Source of the DNA: a virus
Strand: one strand, 5' to 3'
IMG/VR virus record: IMGVR_UViG_3300042907_001527
Span: 1-64,000 of that record
Length of the DNA stretch: 64,000 bases
This document shows, piece after piece, positions 49,039 to 58,628 of this stretch. How positions within the stretch are numbered: the stretch's first letter is position 1; every line of letters begins with the position of its first letter. The translations under genes and the position numbers were made by a program. The notes beneath the pieces are model-generated. The model was not told where the DNA came from. It saw nothing but the letters and a program-made list of their open reading frames with translations, and did no database searches.

Positions 49039-50907
49039 TTAGTATGATAAAACTCCAGACCCTTTATTTTCCGAAGAATTTTGTTTTGTAAGGTTAACAA
49101 CATATTGTTTAAATTTATCGTTATTGAATATATCATTTAATTGTTGTTGAGTTAAAGTTGTTCCTGGTGGTGTTTGAATTGTGATTTTAAATTCTCCAAA
49201 ATCAACTTTACTATTGGTATTTAAATTTTGACTACTTGAACCTTTATTATTTAAATTTTCTTGAATTTGTTTTGTTTTTGTTTTATTTCCGATTACAGAT
49301 GAAAGCCCTAATGTTTTATCTTCTTCTGTTGTTGTTGTAGGTTGTTTTGGTTTACTTAGTGGAGTCCCTGTCGCGGTTAAAATCTCAGAAGCAAACTTTT
49401 TAAATTCTTTTTCAATACCACTGCTACCTGTTACTTTTTTATTTGCGTCAGAAAGAATATTTTTAAATGCCTCTATTCCTTTTTCACCTAAACTATTTGC
49501 ATCATTTACTATAGTACTTTGGAGGGTTTCTAATTGTTTTATAAATTGAGCATCAGTTAGTTTACCTGCGTCTTTTGCAACAAATAATCCACTCATTTTA
49601 TCTACCGCAACATTAATTTTTTCAGTTATTTCCGCACTTTCAGGAACATTTTTATCAACAGAATTTGTAAGGGCATTTGTTATTCTTTCCGCTCCAACAA
49701 TATTACCTCGTATAACGGAGGTACCGGCAACACCATAAGTGCCTTTGGCGACACTTCCTTCAATTGCTTTCTGAATATTTATTAATACATCCAACTGACT
49801 TATTTGAATTTCTTCTAAGGTCTTAGGTTTTTCATCTTGTTGTTTTCTTAAAGCTTTAAGTTCTTCATTTGTAATTTCACTTAACTTAATTTTATCAACT
49901 TCCCCCGTCTTATCATTTTTAAGTTGTACAATGTATTCTCCACCCTCTCCCATTGTTGCCATATTTGCCAACAATTCTTTATCTTCAGGTTTGTCAAAAT
50001 TTAAAGCTGGATTAATGAACGAAAGTCTTTTATCTAAATCTACCGCAGCTAAAGCACTTTTTGTTAAATTATCATAAGAAAGTCCAGTTTCTGCCGCCAT
50101 TTCCCTTAAAGTTAACATTCCTTGTGGGTTTATTTTAAATGATTTTGTTTTTTCATCAAATTGAACAAACTGTTTTGTTGCCTTAATTAAACTATCTTGT
50201 AATGCTCCTGGGTCATTGATTGCGTCATTCATTAATGCAAATGGGTCACCTAATTGGCCAACAGCAAGACCTAATCTTTGTAAAGCCGCGGCGGTCTTAA
50301 TTGCTCCTTCAGGGTTCATTACTGATTCCGCAAACTTAAAGGTATCTGACATATCAAACCGTAACATTGACGCTTGTGCCGCCATTTTAGCCAACCCAAC
50401 AACACCATCAGCAAAATTGTATTCATTCATTTTTTTCATGTTAGTATTAACATCGCCCATAACATCTTTCGCATTTAAACCAAGACTTTGAATATATTGA
50501 ATAGAACCTTCTAAATTAACACCAATTTGAGAAGTTTCATACCCAACTTCCGCAAAATTATTAACTAAAGTTTCTGAACTAGTTCCTAATACACTAGAGG
50601 CCGCATATAATTTTTTAACTTGTTCTTCAGTCGCAATAACATTTCGTCTTGACCCTGCAGCAATATTTTGCATAGTTGTACCAACATCAGTTATTGAACC
50701 ACCTAAACGAATAACTCCTGCTGCCGATTTTGAAACGGCATCGGCCATTTCATCCATTCTGGTTCTACCTTCTAAAAATGCGTGATTAAGAATATCGGCC
50801 TCATCATACATGCTGCCTATAGCATCAATAATTTTGTCAATTGGAGAACCTAAACTTTCAATAGTGTCTTTAAGGTCTTTTAGATTACCTCTCTTATCTC
50901 CTGCCAT
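49039..50907 (-). CDS. Tail tape measure protein
   Basis: Helical Ala/Leu/Lys-rich 622 aa; canonical position after tube and chaperone genes. Confidence 0.7.
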   Translation of the reverse strand: MAGDKRGNLKDLKDTIESLGSPIDKIIDAIGSMYDEADILNHAFLEGRTRMDEMADAVSKSAAGVIRLGGSITDVGTTMQNIAAGSRRNVIATEEQVKKLYAASSVLGTSSETLVNNFAEVGYETSQIGVNLEGSIQYIQSLGLNAKDVMGDVNTNMKKMNEYNFADGVVGLAKMAAQASMLRFDMSDTFKFAESVMNPEGAIKTAAALQRLGLAVGQLGDPFALMNDAINDPGALQDSLIKATKQFVQFDEKTKSFKINPQGMLTLREMAAETGLSYDNLTKSALAAVDLDKRLSFINPALNFDKPEDKELLANMATMGEGGEYIVQLKNDKTGEVDKIKLSEITNEELKALRKQQDEKPKTLEEIQISQLDVLINIQKAIEGSVAKGTYGVAGTSVIRGNIVGAERITNALTNSVDKNVPESAEITEKINVAVDKMSGLFVAKDAGKLTDAQFIKQLETLQSTIVNDANSLGEKGIEAFKNILSDANKKVTGSSGIEKEFKKFASEILTATGTPLSKPKQPTTTTEEDKTLGLSSVIGNKTKTKQIQENLNNKGSSSQNLNTNSKVDFGEFKITIQTPPGTTLTQQQLNDIFNNDKFKQYVVNLTKQNSSENKGSGVLSY

Positions 50908-51007
50908 CTATTTTTGTTATTATATTTTTTTTTAGTTTACGTGTGAACTGACAAACCAACAAAGATTGGTTTACTTCTTAAATATAAATAGATTAAAGAA
51001 TTTTTTT

Positions 51008-51187
51008 TTAAGTTTTTTGGTTATCTTCTATCCACTTATCTAATAAGTATTTTCTTACAAACAAGGGCATTCTTTCAAAATCTTGATAAGAAATCTTCAT
51101 TAGTGTTGTTAAATAATAAAATTCGTCGATTTGAACTTTTCTATAATCAGAAGAAAGGGAGAAAAAAGTCAACCCCAAAACCAACAT
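51008..51187 (-). CDS. gp51-like / chaperone GT extension ORF (not in ORF track)
   Basis: +1 frame across the chaperone end: FSLSSDYRKVQIDEFYYLTTLMKISYQDFERMPLFVRKYLLDKWIEDNQKT*, with the MP...R..L pattern of chaperone extensions. Confidence 0.75.
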   Translation of the reverse strand: MLVLGLTFFSLSSDYRKVQIDEFYYLTTLMKISYQDFERMPLFVRKYLLDKWIEDNQKT

Positions 51188-51890
51188 TCACTGTTAGCTT
51201 TTCTCCTGACGGGGCTATAATTGTTTTAGTCATATCTAATCTTGGTTCATTTTCATTCATAAATTTTCTTATGAACTTTGAGTCTGAAATTGGCATCGAC
51301 TCAACAAACTTTGCAATTGATGCTTTATCGGTTGACCCGTCAACTTCAATAATTTCTTTTTGCATTCTCCAAGTTACCTTTGGAACAACCCTACCTTGAG
51401 GGTATGTTTCTGCTAATTTACCAATCTCAATAATTTCACCGTAACTTAATGGTTTAAGTTTAATTGTAGATTGTGATTTTGGTAAAAGAGTTGTAAATGA
51501 ACCATCCTCATTTGGTTTTTGACCATTAATAATATTTAATTGGTCTAATAATACGTTTGATTTAAATGGTTTTTTAGTGACAGGGTCGGTAACATTTAAT
51601 GTTATTTCAGGCCCAAATCCTGTATTTCTTAAAAATATTAGGATTGCTTCAACATCACCTTCAAGTAATTCCTCAACTTTAATATCAGGTTCATAAATTT
51701 TTGCTCGTAATAAAGTCATCGTTAAATCATTTGCACCACCCATTAAAATATTTTCATCTGAGGCGGTAAGATAACCAACTTTAATTGATTTTTTTTTATT
51801 TTTATAAAAAATTCCTTGTGAAGGTAATTGTACCACATCATGTGGTAATGTGAAGTTTTCTTGACCGTAGTCCATTGATTGAGTATCCAT
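51147..51890 (-). CDS. Tail assembly chaperone / T4 gp26-like
   Basis: VQLPSQG.FY, YLTASDENIL, LLEGDVEAILIFLR...G, ends GVDFFLPFF. Confidence 0.8.
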   Translation of the reverse strand: MDTQSMDYGQENFTLPHDVVQLPSQGIFYKNKKKSIKVGYLTASDENILMGGANDLTMTLLRAKIYEPDIKVEELLEGDVEAILIFLRNTGFGPEITLNVTDPVTKKPFKSNVLLDQLNIINGQKPNEDGSFTTLLPKSQSTIKLKPLSYGEIIEIGKLAETYPQGRVVPKVTWRMQKEIIEVDGSTDKASIAKFVESMPISDSKFIRKFMNENEPRLDMTKTIIAPSGEKLTVNVGFGVDFFLPFF

Positions 51891-51892
51891 AT

Positions 51893-51930
51893 AAAAAATT
51901 AACCGTAAAGTTTATTGTCTTTACGGTTAA
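51893..51930 (-). terminator. Hairpin terminator/attenuator between tube and chaperone genes
   Basis: TTAACCGTAAAG-N8-CTTTACGGTTAA then T-run just before the chaperone ATG. Confidence 0.75.
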
Positions 51931-52018
51931 ATATAATTAGATTTTTTTAATTATAAACATAATTCTTATTTAATTATGATTTATAGTAAATGAATAGAAG
52001 TATTGTATTATTAAAAAA

Positions 52019-52507
52019 TTAATAAACCAACACACATCTATCCATTCTTAAAGAAGCGGTAATTTCGGCTAAAGCATCTTGACTATAAGATAAAGCCCCA
52101 AAATTTACATCAGTTAAGAATGTACCATAAAGAATCCATTTTTCAACAACAACTCCTGTTGGGTCTAACATTTCAAGGTCAATGTCTTTTTTGTATCCCG
52201 CAGCATAACCCATACGACCTGTCACAGATTCAGCGTGTAAACGAACCCACTCCATAAGTGCTTGAGCGGCTGATGGACCAATTGGGTCACGAAACTTAAC
52301 ACTAATTGGGTCCCAATTAAATCTACCCGCAACAAATGTTGATGTGTTTAAGAATTGTATTTCAGTTGCTCCAATTTTAATTGATGGTCTTGAAGCACTT
52401 TCAACAAACCATTCGTTAATACCTAAACTTGATGGAAACCTTAAAATAAAACGATTTTGTCGTTTTGGTTCATAAGGTATCGGCATTTTCATTAATAAAT
52501 CAGCCAT
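52019..52507 (-). CDS. Tail tube protein (T4 gp19-like)
   Basis: EPKRQNRF, AGRFNWDPI, YKKDIDLEMLDPTGVVVEKWIL. Confidence 0.92.
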   Translation of the reverse strand: MADLLMKMPIPYEPKRQNRFILRFPSSLGINEWFVESASRPSIKIGATEIQFLNTSTFVAGRFNWDPISVKFRDPIGPSAAQALMEWVRLHAESVTGRMGYAAGYKKDIDLEMLDPTGVVVEKWILYGTFLTDVNFGALSYSQDALAEITASLRMDRCVLVY

Positions 52508-52609
52508 GTTATTTTATTTTTTTTGTTTTAGTTGTTTATATTCTATATGTATAAATATATCCTTGTTAAAATTTTTTTCTATTTACTTTTATTTTATCAA
52601 AATTATAAT

Positions 52610-53440
52610 CTAGTTATATTTATTTTTAATGCCACTAGCAGTAGAATAAGTCTTAATTATGTTATTTGGTTTATTTATAAAATGTTTATTCATTACTTCT
52701 ACATTTTTAATGTCGTCATCTGAAAATCCAATAGTTGGTTGCTCTGGTATAAAGTTATTTGATATATCGTTTTTAATAAACGCTCTTTTATTTAACTTAT
52801 TAGCCATTTTTCTAATGTAGGAAACAAATTTTTCCATATCACGAACTTTAGCCTCTTCAGGATTAACCGCACCTGACTCATCACCAAAAGACACTGGATA
52901 GTACTTATTTAGGTTCAAATACGACTTAATTAATTCATCATCACTTATATCATTTTCACCGACAAACGTCCTATATTTTTTAAGGTTTTTAACTAGTTGA
53001 TTTTTATCAATCCCATTAAATCCGTTGATAATATAATTATAAACAGCTTGTTTTAAAATATTTGGGTTATGACCTCTTGCAGTAATTATTGAAAAAATTG
53101 AACCATTATTAATTGCCTCTTTAAAATCATCGAAAGCTGGTCCAACATTTGCCATCATAGCGTCAACTAAAAAATCTTTATCACCTTCGGTTCGAAAATT
53201 TTTAAATGGATTTTTACCAAACCCAACAATAATTTCTCCATTATATTTAAAATTTTTTTTCCCAATTTTCTCCCTATGTTTTGCAAAATCATTAGTACTC
53301 ATACCAATTTCGTCTCCGTCTTCAGTTTTTACTATTATTTTGGTTGGCATGTGGACAATATTGTCATCCCAATCAAACGCGTAATATTTCATGTCTGGAG
53401 TTCCTTCTTCTTTAAATCCTTCTCTAAGTTGTCCTTTCAT
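52610..53440 (-). CDS. HAD-superfamily phosphatase-like protein
   Basis: AFDWDDNI (motif I), IITARG (II), K (III), GFSDDD..N (IV). Confidence 0.75.
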   Translation of the reverse strand: MKGQLREGFKEEGTPDMKYYAFDWDDNIVHMPTKIIVKTEDGDEIGMSTNDFAKHREKIGKKNFKYNGEIIVGFGKNPFKNFRTEGDKDFLVDAMMANVGPAFDDFKEAINNGSIFSIITARGHNPNILKQAVYNYIINGFNGIDKNQLVKNLKKYRTFVGENDISDDELIKSYLNLNKYYPVSFGDESGAVNPEEAKVRDMEKFVSYIRKMANKLNKRAFIKNDISNNFIPEQPTIGFSDDDIKNVEVMNKHFINKPNNIIKTYSTASGIKNKYN

Positions 53441-53451
53441 AATTAGATAAT

Positions 53452-53473
53452 ACGGGGCAGTTATATACCCCGT
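53452..53473 (-). terminator. Possible terminator after sheath gene
   Basis: ACGGGG...CCCCGT stem with a weak U-tract. Confidence 0.45.
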
Positions 53474-53481
53474 TAATTTTG

Positions 53482-56400
53482 TTAAATATTTTCAAATGAA
53501 GCCCCTGTTGGTGTAATTAAGAATTCAATATCTATAAATTCTAACGCCCTTGTAGGTTTTAAATAAATTTTACCTGTTAATGTGTTTCTGTCTAAATCTT
53601 CAGGTGAAGATGAAACTGTTACACGGAAATCATATAAACCTCTATCTCTTCTAATTGAATCCAAAATAGGATTAACACTATCCAAGAATTGTTGTCTAAC
53701 AACTTGGTCGTTTTGTTCAAATAATAATCTTACAGCTACTGCGGAAATTAACTTACGAGCTTGAAGTAACAATCTTCTTACATTCAATCTATTAAGTGCT
53801 GAGTCAGCAATTTGTAATGTTTTATTACCCCAAATTACAGTTCCAACATCAGAGAAAGTTGCTATAGGATTTATTCTACCTTGATATAGTACATCTCTGT
53901 CGGTTTGTGTAAGTTTTTGTCTCGCCTTAATAGAGTTTACAAGTCCTCTAGTGTAACCCGCAGATGCAAACCAAGGGAATGAAATGTTATCGGTCAAAGC
54001 TAAGTTTCTACAAACCTCACCAGTTGGAGGTAAATAAATTTGTGTGTTATTAACAGTATCTCTTGTTAAAATCCAAGGGTAATAAGTTGCTGTATAGTTA
54101 GAGTCAATTCCTGTATTATCTAAATTGTCAACTGATTCTTGAGGATAAATAATGTCCAAAGAATTTGTTCCGTCTGGAGTATACATTCTATAATCAGGTG
54201 TTGTACAAATATAAACCGAATCCGCTCTTGAAAATTGAATCATGTCTATCGCTTCCTCAACAAGGTTTGAGTTATTTACGTAGTCAATACTTGCACTTGC
54301 GAATATATTAATGTTAGTTGATTCTGGATTTGCAAATGATAAAATACCAAGTAGATATGCGTAGTAGTCTGTATTTGCAAAATCTTGAGTATTGTTCTGA
54401 ACCACAATTCTTTTAAACAATCCATCACCTGTTGCGGTTGGATATCTTGATGAAGGTGCAGTACCCGCCAAATAACCCGAAGCTCCTAATTGAAATCTAT
54501 CTTCGTTAGTTCTCCACTCTCTATAAATGTCCCAACCATCAAACCCACCAGCAAAACATAGTGTATATTTTCTTGAATATATGAAATAATACGGATTTTC
54601 TTGTGTTTCTGGGTCACTTCTAAATTCAGCAGTACCACATTCAAAAGCTGTTTGACCACTTGTCATTGATGTGTTAGCAATTGATACAACAGTTGCTCCT
54701 GAGTCCATATGGAAACCTTTACTAGTGTAATTCCATTTAAATGAGTCAGTTGCTAAAGCCCAATTTGATTGAGGGTTTTGTTTTCCTTTATAAGTTAAAA
54801 ATGATTCATCAATTCCATACTGTGTTGAGAATCCTAAATATGTTCTTCTTATAACATCTCCAGGAGATTCAACAGTATTTGAGCCACCAATAGGTGTTCC
54901 AAATGGTGGGTTAGCAATAACTTCTCCAGGGTAATCATATTTTATTTTATATTTTGGATATGGTGATGGGTAAACCGAAGCGTCTTCATATTCTCTTTGT
55001 GTGTAACCACGGAAACCACAAGGTAGTGAGTCAATTGGGTATTCATCTGCCATTTCAACCATAACATATCTTGAAATTAAGGCAAATTCACCATTAGATG
55101 AACCTATTTTTTTTCCGACAAAGTTATTTGATGCTGGGTCCATATTACAATTTGTGAATTTTTCAATTACAACTGGATTTGAGTCAGAGTCATAAAAATT
55201 TCTAATCTGAACATCAAACGACATATTATTGTACGATAAGTTAGCGATTGAAATTTTAACTTCAGTATTTGCATCATTTCCATCGGAAATTGATATGAAT
55301 TTAAATAAATTATAAACTTGGTTACCTCTTAATTCAGAAACCAAATAAGGTGTTTCAGGTGATTGGTATTTTTCTAAATTCCAAGCAATTGATTGACTTG
55401 ATTGACTTCTTGCATCAGGTAGTGCAATTAAATCACAATTTAATCCACGGATATAATTTTGACTATAAGCATAATTCAAACTTCCCTGATAAAGTTCTTC
55501 AACATAAATAGGAACCTCGTATCTTGATTTACCAAAATTATCAACACCTAATACTTTTGTAATATATTTTGACGAAGATGCACTTAATGACGTTTCAAAT
55601 GAAAATGTTTTATTATCATTTGTTAAACCCGATAATAAAAAAGATGAATAAGGTGATTCTGTAATACCTGAATATTGTCCAGTACAAACTATTTGTAAAT
55701 TATTTGGAACCCATGTATTATTATTGTTGTAATCAATACCAACCTCATAAACTGGACCATGGTTATTACTTCCGGCACTATTAACATAATTACAAATACC
55801 TCGTGAACGAATAGTACCAACAACCATATTATTGAAGTCGGTGTACGCCATACCTGTAAAATTAACGGAAGCTCCAGAAATAGTGACAGTAAAATTAGAG
55901 TCCACAGTATTAATAACATTATCAATAACATAATAAAAAGAATAACCCGAATAATTGTTTCCTGAAGAAATATTAAAATTAGCATAAAGCCAAGGGTCGT
56001 TTGACGACGCAGATAAATCATTTTCTTCTAAGATAGGTACACAATCATATGGTGTTATTAGGTTAGGGTGTCCATACGTAAGAGAATAATGGTCATCATA
56101 AAGTATTGAACCATATATAACTGACGTTGTTGCAGAAAGTGATGTTGTATTTACAATCTCGCTTAAATAATTGTTAAAATCGGTTTGTATTGTAGATACT
56201 GAACCGTCTTGTAATTTATATTGTTTATTTAATTGAACTTGATTTGGTAATGCCCCACTTATAAGGTTAAATGTACCTCCCAATGATGTACCAGTAAACG
56301 TTGCGGTAAAAACCACGGGATTTGATGGTGCAGAAATAGTTGTTGGGTCAACATTAGCAACTAATGAAAGACTCCAAGATGGTCCTGCGTCATATCCAGA

Positions 56401-56703
56401 CAATCCTAAAATTCTTGTTACAAACAATTGATTTGATTGTTGTAAATATGATTTGGCAATATAAGCCGCCTCATATTTTGGTATCTGAGTACCATAAAAT
56501 TTAACGGGCTCTGAACCACCAAAATATGATTGGAATTCGTCAAAATTTGTTATGAATACTGGTTCAAATGCTGGACCTTTTAAAGTTTCTCCAACAAGGC
56601 CTAAAGTTGTTACCCCCACACTTTGGGCGATAAATGATAAGTCGGTTTCCGATGTGTACACTCCAGGTGATACAAATACTTTTTGATTTGCTTGTGCTGC
56701 CAT
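53482..56703 (-). CDS. Tail sheath protein (T4 gp18-like), enlarged
   Basis: VSPGVYTSETD, PWFASAGYTRG, LYQGRINPI, WGNKTL, NVRRLL, IYLKPTRALEFI. Confidence 0.97.
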   Translation of the reverse strand: MAAQANQKVFVSPGVYTSETDLSFIAQSVGVTTLGLVGETLKGPAFEPVFITNFDEFQSYFGGSEPVKFYGTQIPKYEAAYIAKSYLQQSNQLFVTRILGLSGYDAGPSWSLSLVANVDPTTISAPSNPVVFTATFTGTSLGGTFNLISGALPNQVQLNKQYKLQDGSVSTIQTDFNNYLSEIVNTTSLSATTSVIYGSILYDDHYSLTYGHPNLITPYDCVPILEENDLSASSNDPWLYANFNISSGNNYSGYSFYYVIDNVINTVDSNFTVTISGASVNFTGMAYTDFNNMVVGTIRSRGICNYVNSAGSNNHGPVYEVGIDYNNNNTWVPNNLQIVCTGQYSGITESPYSSFLLSGLTNDNKTFSFETSLSASSSKYITKVLGVDNFGKSRYEVPIYVEELYQGSLNYAYSQNYIRGLNCDLIALPDARSQSSQSIAWNLEKYQSPETPYLVSELRGNQVYNLFKFISISDGNDANTEVKISIANLSYNNMSFDVQIRNFYDSDSNPVVIEKFTNCNMDPASNNFVGKKIGSSNGEFALISRYVMVEMADEYPIDSLPCGFRGYTQREYEDASVYPSPYPKYKIKYDYPGEVIANPPFGTPIGGSNTVESPGDVIRRTYLGFSTQYGIDESFLTYKGKQNPQSNWALATDSFKWNYTSKGFHMDSGATVVSIANTSMTSGQTAFECGTAEFRSDPETQENPYYFIYSRKYTLCFAGGFDGWDIYREWRTNEDRFQLGASGYLAGTAPSSRYPTATGDGLFKRIVVQNNTQDFANTDYYAYLLGILSFANPESTNINIFASASIDYVNNSNLVEEAIDMIQFSRADSVYICTTPDYRMYTPDGTNSLDIIYPQESVDNLDNTGIDSNYTATYYPWILTRDTVNNTQIYLPPTGEVCRNLALTDNISFPWFASAGYTRGLVNSIKARQKLTQTDRDVLYQGRINPIATFSDVGTVIWGNKTLQIADSALNRLNVRRLLLQARKLISAVAVRLLFEQNDQVVRQQFLDSVNPILDSIRRDRGLYDFRVTVSSSPEDLDRNTLTGKIYLKPTRALEFIDIEFLITPTGASFENI

Positions 56704-56823
56704 TATTAAATTATTCTGTTACAGATTTATTTTATTGATAAATATTAGAGTTTTTATGAAAAAACTTTACTTTTAGATAAGTATTTATAAAGAGTATGAA
56801 TAAATACTGCTTTTTTTCTACCT

Positions 56824-56985
56824 ATGAATACTAAAAAAGAAATAAAAAACATCAAAATATCTCCTGAATCACACGATATTTTAAAAAAATATTGTGATAA
56901 ACGGGGAATAAAAATTTACAAATTTTTAGAAAATTTAATTGTAGAAAAATGTAAAGAAAAGAAAGACATTTATGGGGAAAATTAA
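56824..56985 (+). CDS. Small ribbon-helix-helix (CopG-like) protein, 53 aa (not in ORF track)
   Basis: MNTKKEIKNIKISPESHDILKKYCDKRGIKIYKFLENLIVEKCKEKKDIYGEN*. Confidence 0.75.
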   Translation: MNTKKEIKNIKISPESHDILKKYCDKRGIKIYKFLENLIVEKCKEKKDIYGEN

Positions 56986-58025
56986 ATTAATTTATTTTCA
57001 TATAGTATGTTTGCTTCTACAGTATTGTCATTTTTTGTAACTTCTATAGTTAAAATATCGTTTGTTGTAATTTCAATTTTTTGAAGGTCGCTCCCATAAT
57101 AATCATTATTAATATATACATCAAAAGTATCAACATTACTTGTTGAAAGTAAATTCATATTTGAACTAAAGTCAATTACGTCAGTTAAACTTGTATTACC
57201 TGAAACAAATAAAAACGGAGTTTCAAAATTATCAGGGTTTTTAGGATATTTGTTTGTTCTTTTTTTTCTTGGTGCTGTGTTCATTTCAATTAATTGAGTC
57301 ACTCTTTGAATTGCTGGTTTTACTTCAAATTCTTCTTCATCTATTAAATAACCCAACATAGTAAACTCATAATTTTGGACGTAATATTTTCTAGATTCCA
57401 TACTTAATTGAGATTCGTCGGAAATGTTGGCTAATATAATTGGTATGTATTGACCTTTAATAAATGTATAAGCTTGTTTTGATGAAAATGTTTGCATCAC
57501 AATCTTATTAAGTTGATTTAACTCTCTCATTCTATTACAAATAATTTTTACATTATATGTGATATCTACAGGAACTGGTTGTGGAATTGTATAAATATCC
57601 ATTCCTTGTTCGTTTCCATTCCAAGTTGGTACTGACGCGTAATAAAATTGTTTTCTGTTTGGTATTGTATATTGAAGTGATGGATTTGTGCCATACTTAA
57701 CTTCAGGAGTCCTAACAACAGTAATAAATGGGGGGGTTGGATTATAGTCAACATCCACAAATTTCCAAGTTTCTAAATATTGTGACCAATTTTGAGTTGT
57801 GATTATAATATCTAATAATGGAACTATTTTACCTGAGGTAACAACTTTAAGTTTATCTTTAACAAATTCAAGCATACCCTTATCCAAATCCGCATGTAAT
57901 ACTGATTTGGGTAAATAAGTTCCATCATCTTTAATATATTCTAAAAGTTGTTCTCTCCTTTCAGATAAAATTTTTTTTGGTACTAAAGGTAATGTTGGTT
58001 TAACTATTGTTCTTGGTAGTGGCAT
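56982..58025 (-). CDS. Tail terminator / sheath stabiliser (gp15-like)
   Basis: PQPVPVDITYNVKI...ELNQL, FTMLGYL; upstream of the sheath gene. Confidence 0.6.
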   Translation of the reverse strand: MPLPRTIVKPTLPLVPKKILSERREQLLEYIKDDGTYLPKSVLHADLDKGMLEFVKDKLKVVTSGKIVPLLDIIITTQNWSQYLETWKFVDVDYNPTPPFITVVRTPEVKYGTNPSLQYTIPNRKQFYYASVPTWNGNEQGMDIYTIPQPVPVDITYNVKIICNRMRELNQLNKIVMQTFSSKQAYTFIKGQYIPIILANISDESQLSMESRKYYVQNYEFTMLGYLIDEEEFEVKPAIQRVTQLIEMNTAPRKKRTNKYPKNPDNFETPFLFVSGNTSLTDVIDFSSNMNLLSTSNVDTFDVYINNDYYGSDLQKIEITTNDILTIEVTKNDNTVEANILYENKLI

Positions 58026-58048
58026 GTTATTATTTAATAATAATTTTA

Positions 58049-58573
58049 TTATAATCCGTTAAATTCGTCAGGACTTACATATGTTGCAACAATCGTTCTA
58101 TAGAATGGTTTATATCCACCGTAAGTGTGTTTAGTGTCAGACACAACATATCCGTCATCACTAATGGAATAGTATCTGACTTGAGATTCAGTCTCATAAT
58201 ATCCAAGGTAATCCCCCATAAAAATCTCAACACCTAAATCATCAAGTTGTTTTTGATAAATTGAGAACTTTAAATTTCCAGGTTCTTGTATTTCAACTTT
58301 AGAACTACCGTATAACTTATTAGTTGGTGCCATAACTTGAACTAAACCTTTTAATTCAATAGGAGCCATAAATTGTATCCCATCTTCTAAAACTTCACCG
58401 TAAACATCGTCTTTTTTTGTTTTATACCTATCAATACGATACAACACAACGGTAAAATTCATATCACCCTCAAGCCATTCTTGTCCCATATCAATATCAA
58501 GGTCAAAATCTTCATTACCAAAAAATTTGCCTAATCTTGTAACTGGAACTAACTTTTCTAATGTCCGTTTCAT
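58049..58573 (-). CDS. Neck / head-closure protein (gp14-like)
   Basis: VVLYRID....DDVYGE, LGVEIFMGDY; neck context. Confidence 0.6.
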   Translation of the reverse strand: MKRTLEKLVPVTRLGKFFGNEDFDLDIDMGQEWLEGDMNFTVVLYRIDRYKTKKDDVYGEVLEDGIQFMAPIELKGLVQVMAPTNKLYGSSKVEIQEPGNLKFSIYQKQLDDLGVEIFMGDYLGYYETESQVRYYSISDDGYVVSDTKHTYGGYKPFYRTIVATYVSPDEFNGL

Positions 58574-58628
58574 ATATTGATAAATACTTAAAGTTTTATT
58601 ATATTTTAAATAAGTTTATTAATATTAA

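Noticed and set aside
23682-58573. Bacterial extracellular contractile injection system or tailocin
   Set aside because: Neck/head-tail genes and a full phage replication set are interleaved, indicating a genuine phage
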